Shown: one piece after another, positions 1 through 10,400 of the stretch
Layout: the number at the start of each line of letters is the position of its first letter
How positions within the stretch are numbered: the first letter of the stretch is position 1
Assembly (NCBI GenBank): GCA_013360585.1
Contig: JABWBH010000014.1
Location: 20,770-84,769 of the forward strand
DNA from: Phycisphaerae bacterium
GTDB taxonomy: Bacteria; Planctomycetota; Phycisphaerae; UBA1845
Direction: 5' to 3'
Length of the DNA: 64,000 nt
The notes under the pieces: generated by a model
Told to the model about the DNA's origin: nothing
Database searches by the model: none
Seen by the model: the letters and a program-made list of their open reading frames with translations, nothing else
Translations under genes and position numbers: made by a program

Positions 1-1546
1 GGAAACCGTCCCCGTGTTCTCCGCCGCCCGGCTTCCCCCGCAGCAGCAGGCGGCACATTGCCGGCGTTACGGTCAGCGCCACTCCCAGCGACGCGAGGAT
101 CGACACGATGTACGTGATGCCCAGCGGACGGAAAAACCGCCCCTCCAGCCCCTGAAGGAATAACAACGGCACGAACACCATGCAGATGATGATCGTCGCG
201 AACACCACCGAACTGCGGATCTCGTTGCTCGCGTCGAAGATCACCTGCGCAACCGGCGATCGCTGGGATTCCGGCTTCGCCGCGTTCTCCCGCAGGCGCC
301 GGAAGACGTTTTCCACGTCGATGATCGCGTCGTCCACCAGTTCGCCGATCGCCACCGCCAGCCCCCCGAGCGTCATCACGTTGATGGACAGATCCAACGC
401 CCGGAGGATCAGCACAGCGCACGCCAGCGACAGCGGCAGCGCCGTCAGCGTGATGATCGTCGTTCGCGCATTCAGGAGGAAAAGAACCAGCACGATCGCC
501 ACGATGATCGCCGCGTCGCGCATCACGACCACCACGTTGTTCACCGACCGTCCGATGAACTCCGCCTGCCGGAACACGTTGCGGTTCAGCAGGATTCCGT
601 CGGGCAGGGTCTTCTGCGCCTCGTCCAGCACACGGTCAATCTCCGCCGTCAGCGCCAGCGTGTTCGTCCCCGGAGATTTCTGGACGCTCATCACCACCGC
701 CGAAACGCCCCGGTCCGCCGCCGTGCCCCGCGCCGGCGCCGGTCCCAGCTCGACGTCCGCCACGTGCCCGATCAGCACCGGCGATCCGTCCTGATGACCG
801 ATCAACGTGTTGCGGATGTCGTCCGCGCTCCGCACCCGCGCCGTCTGCCGCAGCGGCAGCTCAAGCCGATCCACGTTCGGCAGGTATCCGGCGCTCGCCA
901 CGCTGTGCGCCTCGCGCGCCGCCTCGACCACCTCCTCCAGCGTCAGCCCGTAAAGCGCCAGCCGGTCCTGATGAACGTTGACCTGGTACTCCGGAAGCTC
1001 ACCCCCGATCGCCACAACCTGCGCAATGCCCGGAACCGCCAGCAGCCGGTTCCGCAGGTCGAATTCCGCGAAAGACCGCACCTCCAGCGGCGTCGCCCGA
1101 CCGTCCGGCGACGATAACGCCAGCAGCATGATCTCTCCCGTGATTGACGTCACCGGCGTGATCTCGGCATGCGTGTTCGGAGGCAGCGTTTCACGGACGG
1201 CGGACAGACGCTCCGACACGAGCTGGCGCGCCCGCAGAATCTCCACGCCCCAGTCGAACTCCACCCAGACGATCGACAGGCTCATCGCGCTCGAACTGCG
1301 CACGCGCCGCACGCCCCCCAGTCCGTTGACCGCCGTCTCGATCGGAAACGTGACGTACTGCTCGACCTCGTCTGCGCCGAAACCGCCGGCCTCCGTGAGG
1401 ATCACCACCGTCGGCGCATTCAGCTCCGGAAACACGTCCACCGGCATGTGACGCAGTTGCAGTCCCGTGAAGGCCAGGAGCAACCCCCCCGCCATCACGA
1501 TGAACCCGGCATACTTGATCGAGAAGCCGATAAGGCGCTGAAGCAT
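1..1546 (-). CDS. CusA/CzcA-family heavy-metal efflux RND permease (5' part; runs off the window start)
   Basis: Not in the ORF track because its stop lies outside the window. Manual translation from ATG 1546, which overlaps the upstream TGA, gives MLQRLIGFSIKYAG...MPVDVFPELNAPTVVILTEAGGFGADEVEQYVTFPIETAVNG, a typical CusA N-terminus. Confidence 0.92.
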   Translation of the reverse strand, partial: MLQRLIGFSIKYAGFIVMAGGLLLAFTGLQLRHMPVDVFPELNAPTVVILTEAGGFGADEVEQYVTFPIETAVNGLGGVRRVRSSSAMSLSIVWVEFDWGVEILRARQLVSERLSAVRETLPPNTHAEITPVTSITGEIMLLALSSPDGRATPLEVRSFAEFDLRNRLLAVPGIAQVVAIGGELPEYQVNVHQDRLALYGLTLEEVVEAAREAHSVASAGYLPNVDRLELPLRQTARVRSADDIRNTLIGHQDGSPVLIGHVADVELGPAPARGTAADRGVSAVVMSVQKSPGTNTLALTAEIDRVLDEAQKTLPDGILLNRNVFRQAEFIGRSVNNVVVVMRDAAIIVAIVLVLFLLNARTTIITLTALPLSLACAVLILRALDLSINVMTLGGLAVAIGELVDDAIIDVENVFRRLRENAAKPESQRSPVAQVIFDASNEIRSSVVFATIIICMVFVPLLFLQGLEGRFFRPLGITYIVSILASLGVALTVTPAMCRLLLRGKPGGGEHGDGF

Positions 1547-3039
1547 CACTCGTCCTCCCCGGCGTGGAACGTCCCGTCCGAGTGAAAGTGTCCCCCCTTC
1601 TGCACGCTGCCTGACGTCGCGATCATGAGTTGGTACACCCCGTCGAGAACGACCTCGTCCCCCTCCTTCACCCCGCTCTTGACCACCACCCACCGCCCAT
1701 CATCGACCCCCAGATCGGCTTCGACGCGCACCACCTTGTCCGGCGCCTTCGGATCCCGACGGAAGAACACCTTCGTCAGTCCGTCCTGAACCACACTGGA
1801 AACCGGGATCGCCAGTTCGGGCCGTCCTCCCGCCGTGGTGATCTCCAGGTGGGCGGCCACGCCGGCTTTCGCCCACGCCGCCGCGCGCTTCGGAACCGCG
1901 ATCACCTCCACCGTCCGCTCCCGCGCGCTGGCGACCAGTCCGATCGACAATGTCGCCTCGATGGCGTCCTTCAGATCGATCGTGCCTCCCTTCGGAGGGA
2001 CGATCGACGACGGCAGACCGTCCGCCAGCCGCCCCAGATCGCTCTGCATCGCCATCGCCCGGAAGCGGAGTCGCTCCGGTTGCACGATCGTAAGCACCAG
2101 CGCGCCAGGCTCCGCCCACGCTCCGCCCGTCACGTCCAGGGACGCCACCACTCCGGACATCGCGGCGCGCACTTCCACCTCGTCGATCTGGCGCCACTTC
2201 GCGGCGGGGAATCCCGGCTCCGCCTCGTCATGTCGATGAATCCCCGTGTGCAGGTGCTCGTCCAGAGCGTAAGGCGCCGCCAGATCCTCCGCGGGCATGC
2301 CCAGCAGCGTCGACGCCGTGGCGATCAGCAGGAGAAACCGGGCGTGCGCCGCGTCATGCTCCGCCTGCGCCGCCGCGACCTGGCCTTCAAGGTCCGCTTC
2401 CTTCTCGAGAATCTCCGCCAGCTCAGCCCGTTGCTGGGAGAGCGTGTTGCGCGCGGAGGTAAGCTCTTCGATCGTCACCACCCCCGCGTCATGCGACGGC
2501 TGAAGCTGTGCGACCCGCGCCTCCCACAACGCGATGTTCTCCTCCAGGATTTCCTCGTGACGCCGGTGTGCGGCGATCAGCGTCGGGATCGATCCGACCC
2601 GTGCCTCCGTCTGCCGGATCGTGGACTCCGCCTCGCTGAGCTTCTGCTGAAGGTCACGCCAGTCCGGGGACGCCAACCGGTACAGAACCGCGCCCGCCTC
2701 CACCGCTTCGTACTGCCGAACGTCCAGTTCGACGCGCCCGGACAACATCGTGCGGTATTCACGACGGGCTTCCGGCTGAAGCTCGAACTGCCCAGGTACA
2801 CGGATCACGGTCGAAACGGCGCGCTTCTCGACGCGGGCGAACGTGATCCCGAGGTTCCGCCGCACCGTGTCCGGGACGTCGATCCGGTTCGTCGTCGGCG
2901 CCGCCGCAGGACGCCCCGGCGATTCCTGACCGACCGGCGCCGGACGCCGGCAGGCGCCGATGACCGCCAGCGCTGCAACCACGACCGCCAGAAACATCCG
3001 TTTCATCCGCTTCAACTCCTTGTTCGTCTCGACCTTCAC
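1546..3039 (-). CDS. Efflux RND periplasmic adaptor (MFP) with His-rich segments
   Basis: Lipoprotein-like N-terminus, coiled-coil hairpin, C-terminal GVDDGRWVVVKSGVKEGDEVVLDG and His-rich tail GGHFHSDGTFH. Lies between tolC and cusA. Confidence 0.9.
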   Translation of the reverse strand: MKVETNKELKRMKRMFLAVVVAALAVIGACRRPAPVGQESPGRPAAAPTTNRIDVPDTVRRNLGITFARVEKRAVSTVIRVPGQFELQPEARREYRTMLSGRVELDVRQYEAVEAGAVLYRLASPDWRDLQQKLSEAESTIRQTEARVGSIPTLIAAHRRHEEILEENIALWEARVAQLQPSHDAGVVTIEELTSARNTLSQQRAELAEILEKEADLEGQVAAAQAEHDAAHARFLLLIATASTLLGMPAEDLAAPYALDEHLHTGIHRHDEAEPGFPAAKWRQIDEVEVRAAMSGVVASLDVTGGAWAEPGALVLTIVQPERLRFRAMAMQSDLGRLADGLPSSIVPPKGGTIDLKDAIEATLSIGLVASARERTVEVIAVPKRAAAWAKAGVAAHLEITTAGGRPELAIPVSSVVQDGLTKVFFRRDPKAPDKVVRVEADLGVDDGRWVVVKSGVKEGDEVVLDGVYQLMIATSGSVQKGGHFHSDGTFHAGEDE

Positions 3040-4577
3040 GGGGACTCCGCCTCATCAACCCCGCTCCGCTCAGGCGCGAGAATCCGCGTGATGGGCAGAC
3101 CGACGGCCTTCTCCAGCTCGCTGACCGCGCGGGCGGACGCGCCGCGCACGTTCAGGTGCTCACGCCGCGCCGCTACCACCGCCCGCTGCGCCTCGACCAT
3201 CGACAGCACCGAAACCTTTCCGATCCGGTATGCCTCGCGCGAGAGTTCAAGATTCGTCTGCGCCAGCGGCAGCAGTTCGTCGCGATAAAAGACGGACACG
3301 CCCCACGCCGTCGACGCCGCCACGCACGCCGACCGCGTCTGCTGCGCAACGTCGAGCTTCAGCGCCTCCAGCAGGAGCCTCGCCTCGATCAACTCGAACT
3401 CGGCGCGGGCGATGCGCGCCTGGTTCTGATCGAAGATCGGCAGCGCAAAACTCAGCGTCGGACCGAGAATGACGTCCTGACCGTCGTCGGTGGGGTTGTA
3501 AAGCTCGGGACCGACCAGCTCGCCGGCGTGCGCCGACTCGTGCAGCGTGTTGAACAGGATGTTCTTGTCGCCGCCCGGCGGACGATCCGCGCGCTCCATC
3601 GCCACGCCGACCTCGACCTCGCTGAACACGCTTCGCCGTGCTTCTGTCACGCGCGCCGCCGCCTTCCGCACCAGCGCCTCCGCCGCCCGCACGTCGAGCC
3701 GCCCCGACACCGACCGCTCCACCAGCGTCTCCGGATCGAGACTCGCGTCCGGCGCCTCGGGCAGCGCCTCCGTCAGCACGATCGCCCGCGGTTCGGTGGC
3801 GACGCCGAGCAGAACGCATAACCGCCGCCGCGCCTCGAACGCCTCGCGCTCCGCCTCCCGGGCGGTGACTTCCGCCCGCATGCCTTCCGCCCGCACGATA
3901 TTGACATCGATCTCGCTGCCGACGCCCGCGTCACGACGCGCCTCCGCGATCTCCACGAGGCGCGCCGTCAGTTCCCGGTGCTCTCGCGCCAGCACCACCG
4001 CTTCATCCGCCGCGACCGCCTCAAAGTAGGCTGCCCGGGCGCTCGTAACGGTCTCCGAGACCTCCCGCGCCGTCGCGAGAATCTCTCGCTCCAGTTCGCC
4101 CTCCGCCGCGCGCCGTCGCACCGGAATCAACCACAAATCCGAGAGGTTCTGGGCGATCGCGACCTCGAGGTTGGTCAACCCCCCGCCGTCGGGAAACCGC
4201 GAAGAAAGCGACAGCCCGGGATTGCTCAGCAGCGATGCCTGCACCACGTCCGCCCGCACCGCCCCGACGCGCGCCAGCGCCGCTCGCACCCGCGGATTCC
4301 GGCGAACACATAACCGCGCACAAGTCTCCGACGTCAGACCTTCCGCCAGAAGGGCGTCGGTTTCGGCTTTCAGTGCGTCCTCGCCCGCGTACACGGCGTT
4401 CGGCGGGAGGTCGCCGCCGCCGGACGTCCGGACCAGCTCCGACACTTGCTCGAAATCCGGTCGTGGATTGACCTTGGCGCATCCCGCGCCCGCAACGTAC
4501 GTGATGCAGCCGACGTACGCCGCGAGCACGATCGCTCGCAGAAAGGTTTTCGATATCCGACATGTTTCGACGTGCAT
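3036..4577 (-). CDS. TolC/CzcC-family outer membrane efflux protein
   Basis: Two OEP repeats (NPRVRAALARVGAVRAD...LLSNPGL; LPIFDQNQARIARA...YRIGKVSVLSMVEAQR). 4-nt overlap with the MFP gene. Confidence 0.92.
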   Translation of the reverse strand: MHVETCRISKTFLRAIVLAAYVGCITYVAGAGCAKVNPRPDFEQVSELVRTSGGGDLPPNAVYAGEDALKAETDALLAEGLTSETCARLCVRRNPRVRAALARVGAVRADVVQASLLSNPGLSLSSRFPDGGGLTNLEVAIAQNLSDLWLIPVRRRAAEGELEREILATAREVSETVTSARAAYFEAVAADEAVVLAREHRELTARLVEIAEARRDAGVGSEIDVNIVRAEGMRAEVTAREAEREAFEARRRLCVLLGVATEPRAIVLTEALPEAPDASLDPETLVERSVSGRLDVRAAEALVRKAAARVTEARRSVFSEVEVGVAMERADRPPGGDKNILFNTLHESAHAGELVGPELYNPTDDGQDVILGPTLSFALPIFDQNQARIARAEFELIEARLLLEALKLDVAQQTRSACVAASTAWGVSVFYRDELLPLAQTNLELSREAYRIGKVSVLSMVEAQRAVVAARREHLNVRGASARAVSELEKAVGLPITRILAPERSGVDEAESP

Positions 4578-4727
4578 AACAAACTCCGATGATGTGCCTG
4601 ACGTGCCTTTGCGCGGAGGCCGTTACGTCACCGATGCTTAGTCGAACTTCGCATGCGCGCAGATCTCCGCGCGCAGAACCGCCTTCTTGAAATAACCGGT
4701 TGCAGGAACGAAGACGGATCCAGCCGG

Positions 4728-5132
4728 CTAGATCAGCAACGGCCGATATCGGGTGCGTAACGTCGCGGAGGGATCGAGGCTCGCTCGGACGTGCTTATCA
4801 GGACGAGGGGTGGCGTCGGCCTCAGTCACCGTTTCGAGGGTAGCGCAGGGGACTCGGTCCTGAGTCTCCGCCGCGCCGCCGGCTGAACCGGCCGTGCGAA
4901 CCGCCGTCGTACAGATACAGGCGTGTTCAGCGTCATGTTCCGGCTGCCCGCCGGAATTGTGCTGATGATGCGGCGTGTGCGGTCCGTGATGCTCGTCGCC
5001 GTCATGCCCGCCGCATTCCACGACCGGCTCGCACGCCTCATCACAATGCGCAGCACACTCGACGGCGCACCAGACGGGGCACAGCAGCGTCATCGCCGTC
5101 GTCAACAGGTTGGTGATAGGTCCGAACCGCAT
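4728..5132 (-). CDS. Small Cys/His-rich protein, first gene of the left efflux operon (candidate leader/metal sensor)
   Basis: Hydrophobic N-terminus with CPVWC, His-rich middle, CIC, C-terminus RYRPLLI. ATG 5132 has AAGGA upstream and a TATACT -10 at 5153-5158. The ORF track starts it at 5150. Confidence 0.75.
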   Translation of the reverse strand: MRFGPITNLLTTAMTLLCPVWCAVECAAHCDEACEPVVECGGHDGDEHHGPHTPHHQHNSGGQPEHDAEHACICTTAVRTAGSAGGAAETQDRVPCATLETVTEADATPRPDKHVRASLDPSATLRTRYRPLLI

Positions 5133-5271
5133 CTGTTCCTTACAGGACATCCAGTATATCGGCTGTCCGTGGGTTTTCCAGCATCGGTCGCCCCGAAAGG
5201 AAAGGCGCCTTTTCAGGCCGCCGGATTGCGCAAAACCTGCAACATCGGACAGGTCTGCGCCTCAGTCATGA

Positions 5272-5300
5272 TTGAAAACGCCTGAAGCCGTCGATAGTAT
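5272..5300 (+). promoter_or_regulatory. sigma70-like promoter; probable leaderless transcript starting at ATG 5308
   Basis: TTGAAA (5272-5277), 17-nt spacer, TAGTAT (5295-5300), ATG 7 nt downstream. Confidence 0.55.
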
Positions 5301-5307
5301 TCCCGTC

Positions 5308-5724
5308 ATGCGGAGTATGACACTGACCCTGTTGGGGACATGCGTCGCCCTGCTGCCTGCCTTGTGCCGGGGAGGGTTGTTGACGCTTTGCTGCGCTCAC
5401 GAAAAGCCCCGGTCCGATGATGCGACCTGCCGGCAGGACTGCTGCGACAAGGAGGGCGGGAACCCCCAGGACGATCCCTCCGCGCCCGACGCGCCCGTCA
5501 GGGAGCGGTGCGGACCGTGCGCCGACCTGTGCAGCGCCGTGATCAAGCCCGTGGACGCTACGGACGGCGCCGCTGCTCCCACGATCTCCTCCGAACCCTG
5601 TGCCTTAGATGTCGCCTGCGCGTCGCCTGCTGTGCGGACGGGCGACCGCCTCTCCCGCGTCGAGTTCTACCCCGCCTTGCCCCGCCTGCCTTACCCGGCG
5701 TCGGACCGGCCTTTGCGCATTTGA
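5308..5724 (+). CDS. Small Cys-rich protein, first gene of the right efflux operon (candidate leader/metal sensor)
   Basis: Signal-like N-terminus, LCCAHE, CRQDCC, CGPCADLC, Pro-rich C-terminus LPRLPYPASDRPLRI. Confidence 0.75.
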   Translation: MRSMTLTLLGTCVALLPALCRGGLLTLCCAHEKPRSDDATCRQDCCDKEGGNPQDDPSAPDAPVRERCGPCADLCSAVIKPVDATDGAAAPTISSEPCALDVACASPAVRTGDRLSRVEFYPALPRLPYPASDRPLRI

Positions 5725-5839
5725 TGGCCTGCCGGCCTCGCATGCGCCCTCAACGACAGAAAACCTGACCGCCTTTCTTGCTGCGCGCCGCGACTGCGCG
5801 GTGCTCGTAGAACCAACGCAAGCCCGGGAGTCATGCGTC

Positions 5840-7420
5840 ATGAAAACGTACGCGCGCTTTAATCGCGTCGCCCCTGTTCTGTTGATGGCCGCCTTGTCCG
5901 TCGGCGTCGGCTGCGACCGCACCGCGACGCTGGGAGGCGATTCCGCGTCTGAACAGGCCCACGCCAAACCGCTCGGACCGCAGTCCAGTCCCGTGCCGCC
6001 CACGCTGGACAAAGGCTGGTGCGGCGGACACGGCGTGCCCGAGTCCGTCTGCACCCGCTGTGATGACTCGCTGATCGACGCGTTCAAGCAGGCCGGAGAC
6101 TGGTGCAGGGAGCACGATCTGCCGGAGTCGCAATGCGTCAAATGTCATCCCGGGGCGGCGGCAAGGTGGGAGGCGTTCAGAACGGGGTCCGCGGACGCTC
6201 GGACCCCCACGACTCCGGTCGTCGGGGAAAGCGCAGGACAACCCGCGGATCGATCCGGGAACGCCGTCGTGGCGTCCGCGATGCCCCGGTCGCAGCGCGA
6301 CTTCAGCGTCACTTGCGCCAAGGCGGAGACCGTCATTCGGTTTGATAACACCCGGATCGCGCGCGACGCCGGTCTGGAATACACTCCGGCGCGTACGATG
6401 CGCCTGACCCGCACGCTGACCCGCAACGCAGAGATCGACTACGACGCCAACCGTTACGCCCGACTGTCGTCCCGTACCGCGGGGATCATCGTCGAGGTGC
6501 GCAAAGACCTCGGCGCTCCTGCCGCGTCCGGGGAGGTTCTGGTCATCGTCGATTCCGCGGAGCTTGGCGCGTCGAAGGCGCGGCTGCTTCAGGCGGTCGA
6601 GCGCCATCGCCTGGCCGAGGGGGACTTCGAGCGCGAGCAGGAGCTGGCGGCGCAGAAGATCAACGCCGCGCGCGATTTGTACGAGGCGGAATCAAGGCTC
6701 GCCGAAGCCCGTATTGAAGTCACACAAGCCCGGCAGGCGCTGCGCAATCTGGGCATGACGGATTTGCAGGTCGACGACGTGCTGCGGAAGTCGGAGATGT
6801 CGTCGCATCTTGAACTGGTTGCGCCCTTTGAAGGCGTCCTTGTCGAACGCTCCGCCGTCATCGGAGAGCGGGTCGAGGCGGGTCAATCCATCCTGTCCCT
6901 GGCGGACACGCGACGGATGTGGGCGAGGGTCAGCCTTCCGCCGGACGACCTGAGGGTTGTCAAAGTGGGTCTCAGCGCGGTTGTGACCGTCGACGCCCTT
7001 CGGGGCGAGTCGTTTCCCGGCCGGGTGGCCTGGATAGATACGCGCCTGGATCCGAAGACGCGGACCGTCCAGGCCCGCATTGAACTCGACAACCGCGAAG
7101 GACTGCTTCTTGCCTTGATGTTCGGCGAAGCGCAGATCGCCACGCGCGTCGAGGAGGCCTGCACGATGGTGCCGCGCGAAGCGGTTCAGTGGGACGGGTG
7201 CTGCAACCTCGTCTTCGTCAGGATGGAAGGCGAGGAGAGCGTGTTCAGGCCTCGGAAGGTGCGCCTGGGGCATCCGGTTGAGGATCAGTACGAGGTGCTC
7301 GCGGGGCTTGAACCGGGGGAGCAGGTGGTCACGAAGGGCAGCTTTCTCCTGAAAACCGAGATTCTCAAGGACAGCATCGGCGCCGGCTGCTGCGACGCGG
7401 TCGAGGCCCTTCCGAAATGA
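5840..7420 (+). CDS. Efflux RND periplasmic adaptor (CzcB/CusB-like) with N-terminal Cys/His metal-binding repeats
   Basis: Lipobox-like GVGC, two WCxxHxxPESxCxxC repeats, MFP core (APFEGVLVERSAVIGERVEAG; LDPKTRTVQARI), C-terminal GAGCC. Start placed at ATG 5840. Confidence 0.9.
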   Translation: MKTYARFNRVAPVLLMAALSVGVGCDRTATLGGDSASEQAHAKPLGPQSSPVPPTLDKGWCGGHGVPESVCTRCDDSLIDAFKQAGDWCREHDLPESQCVKCHPGAAARWEAFRTGSADARTPTTPVVGESAGQPADRSGNAVVASAMPRSQRDFSVTCAKAETVIRFDNTRIARDAGLEYTPARTMRLTRTLTRNAEIDYDANRYARLSSRTAGIIVEVRKDLGAPAASGEVLVIVDSAELGASKARLLQAVERHRLAEGDFEREQELAAQKINAARDLYEAESRLAEARIEVTQARQALRNLGMTDLQVDDVLRKSEMSSHLELVAPFEGVLVERSAVIGERVEAGQSILSLADTRRMWARVSLPPDDLRVVKVGLSAVVTVDALRGESFPGRVAWIDTRLDPKTRTVQARIELDNREGLLLALMFGEAQIATRVEEACTMVPREAVQWDGCCNLVFVRMEGEESVFRPRKVRLGHPVEDQYEVLAGLEPGEQVVTKGSFLLKTEILKDSIGAGCCDAVEALPK

Positions 7421-7473
7421 CGGCGACTTGCGGCGTCCACGTTCGAGCGCGGTTGAAACGGTAGAGCACGCTC

Positions 7474-10400
7474 ATGCTGAACTGGATCATAAGTTGGTCT
7501 CTGCGCCACCGCCCGGCGGTCATTTTGTTGTCGACGATCCTGGTCGCGTGGGGGTTGTGGTCGATGTCGCGGCTGGACATCGACGCCTTCCCCGACACCA
7601 CGCCGGTGCAGGTGCAGATCAACACGGTGGCGCCGGCGCTGCCGCCGCTGGAGATCGAGCGCCAGGTGACCGAGCCGGTCGAGGCGGCCGTCGCCGGGAT
7701 CGCGCGGCTCACTGAAGTTCGCTCGATCTCCAAATTCGGATTGTCGCAGGTCACCGCGACGTTCGAGGACGGGACGGACATCTACTTCGCCCGCCAGCGG
7801 ATCAATGAGCGGCTGGGCGCCGTCGCGTTGCCGGAGGGAATTGATCCTCCGGAATTGGGGCCTGTTGCGACCGGTTTGGGAGAAGTCTTCCACTACCTGC
7901 TGACCGGCAAGGGTGACGACCCGCCGTCGCTGACGGAGTTAACTGCGCTGCACGACTGGGTCATCCGCCCGCAGATGCTCAGCGTGCCCGGTGTGGCGGA
8001 GATCAACACGTGGGGAGGACAGCGCAAGCAGTACGAAGTGCTGATCGATCCCGCGCGCCTCATCAAGTACGGGCTGACCCTCGACGATCTGGTGGAATCG
8101 CTTCAGCAGAGCAACCGCAGCGTCGGCGGCGGCTACGTCGTCCGATCGGGCGAGGCGCACCTGGTGCTCGGCGTCGCGCTGACGACGACGGCGGAGGAGA
8201 TCGGCAACGTCGTCGTTTTCGCACACGACGGCGTTCCGGTGAAGGTCCGCGACGTCGCGGACGTGCGGGCGGGCTTCGAGATCCGCCGAGGCGGCGTCAC
8301 CGCGCACGGCGCGGGCGAGGTGGTGCTCGGGCTGGGGTTCATGCTGATGGGCGAGAATTCGCACGACGTGACGCGGCGCCTGGACGAGCGCCTCGCCGAA
8401 GTCCGGCGCTCGCTTCCGGACAACGTGGACGTGCAGGTGGTCTACCGCAGGACCGACCTGGTCGACCACGTCATTTCGACGGTGAAAAGGAACCTCTATG
8501 AAGGTGCGTTCCTGGTTGTCGCCGTGCTCTTTGCGTTCCTGGGGAACCTCCGCGCGGGCCTGATCGTGGCGCTGGCGATTCCGCTGGCGATGCTTTTCTC
8601 GTTCAGTTCAATGCTCCAGTTCGGAATCGCGGCGAGCCTCCTGAGTCTGGGTGCGATCGACTTCGGGCTTGTCGTCGACAGCTCGGTGATCATCGTCGAG
8701 AACAGCGTGCGCCGCCTCGGGCAGGAGCACGATCTCGGGAGCCTGCGCCCGCGCCTGGACATCATCCGCGATGCGGCCGTCGAGGTGCGGCGCCCGACGA
8801 TGTTCGGCGAACTCATCATCATGATCGTATACCTGCCGATCCTGTTGTTGGAGGGGATCGAGGGCAAGCTCTTCAGGCCGATGGCGCTGACGGTGGTGTT
8901 CGCCTTGATGAGTTCGCTCATCTTCTCGATCACGCTGACGCCGGTGCTGTGCAGCTTTTTCCTTCCGCGCAAGGTGACGGAGCGGGAGAATTTCGTGGTC
9001 CGGTTCGCACACGGGATTCACCGGCCCTTTGTGCAGTTGGCGCTGCGGTTCCGCCGGCTGACGGTCGCCGCCGGCGCGGGAGCGATCGCCTGGGGCGCGT
9101 ACCTGGCGACGCAGTTGGGCACGTCCTTCATTCCCCGCCTCTACGAGGAAGCCGTCACGATCAACACGATCCGGCTGGCCGGGGTCTCGCTGGAGGAGTC
9201 GCTCCGCTACGGGACGGAGCTGGAAAAGCTGCTGCTTCGGGAATACCCGGACGAAATCCGGCACATCTGGAGCCGCACCGGCACGGCGGAAGTCGCCACC
9301 GATCCGATGGGTCTGGAGCTGACGGACGTTTTTCTCACCCTCCAACCGCGCGAGCACTGGACCCGTGCGAAGACTCAGGCGGAACTGGTGGCGTCGATGT
9401 CGGACACGCTGACCGGCATGCCCGGAATGCGCACCGTGTTCACCCAGCCGATCGAGATGCGCATGAATGAGATGATCGCCGGGATCCGCGCCGATGTCGG
9501 CGTCAAGATCTTCGGCGACGATCTCGAGCAACTGCGCGCCTTAGCGCGAGAGGTGCAGAACATCGTTGAGGCCACCCCCGGCAGCGCGGACGTCTCGACG
9601 GAGCAGATCACGGGTCAGCCGATGCTTGAAGTGCGCGTGGATCCGGAGGCCGTCGCGCGCTACGGCGTTCCCGCGGCGCATGTGCTCGAGCTTGTCGAAG
9701 CCGTCGGGGGGATCGAGATCGGCGAAATCCGCGAGGGACCGCGGCGCTTCGACCTCGTGATCAAGCTCGACGAGAAGTTTCGCGACGCCCCGGACGCGTT
9801 GTGGAACCTGCTGGTGCCCACGGCGTCCGGTGAGCGCCTTCCGTTGTCGCGGCTTGCGCATCTCGTCGAGAGCGAGGGCCCCTCGACCATCACGCGCGAG
9901 CGGCAGAAGCGCAGGATCGTCGTGCAATGCAACGTTCGCGATCGCGACCTGGGCGGGTTCGTCGCGGACCTCCGCGCGAGGCTGGCGCGGGATGTCCCGC
10001 TGCCACCCGGATACTTCGTCGCTTTCGGGGGCCAGTTCGAGCACCTTCAGCGTGCAACCCAACGCCTGCTGATCATCACTTCCCTGGCGCTGGCGTCGAT
10101 CTTCCTGCTGCTTTACATGAGCACCGGAACCGTGCGGGATTCGCTGATCGTGCTGACGGGGGCGCCCTTCGCCGCGTTCGGAGGCGTCGTCGCGCTGCAC
10201 TTGCGCGGGATGGACTTCACCGTGGCGGCGGGGGTCGGGTTCGTGGCGGTCTCCGGCGTGTCGATGCTCAGCGGGTTGGTGCTGGTTTCGACGATCAAAC
10301 AGCGGATCGCCGCCGGCGTTCCGGTGATCGAGGCGATCCTGGAGACGCGGTTGATGCGGCTGCGCGCCGTGTTGATGACGGCGCTGGTTGCGGCGCTGGG

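Noticed and set aside
4728-7420. Selenoproteins among the Cys-rich genes near selAB
   Set aside because: The ORFs are uninterrupted and end at plausible C-termini. I saw no in-frame TGA at a Cys-equivalent position, but no SECIS search was run.
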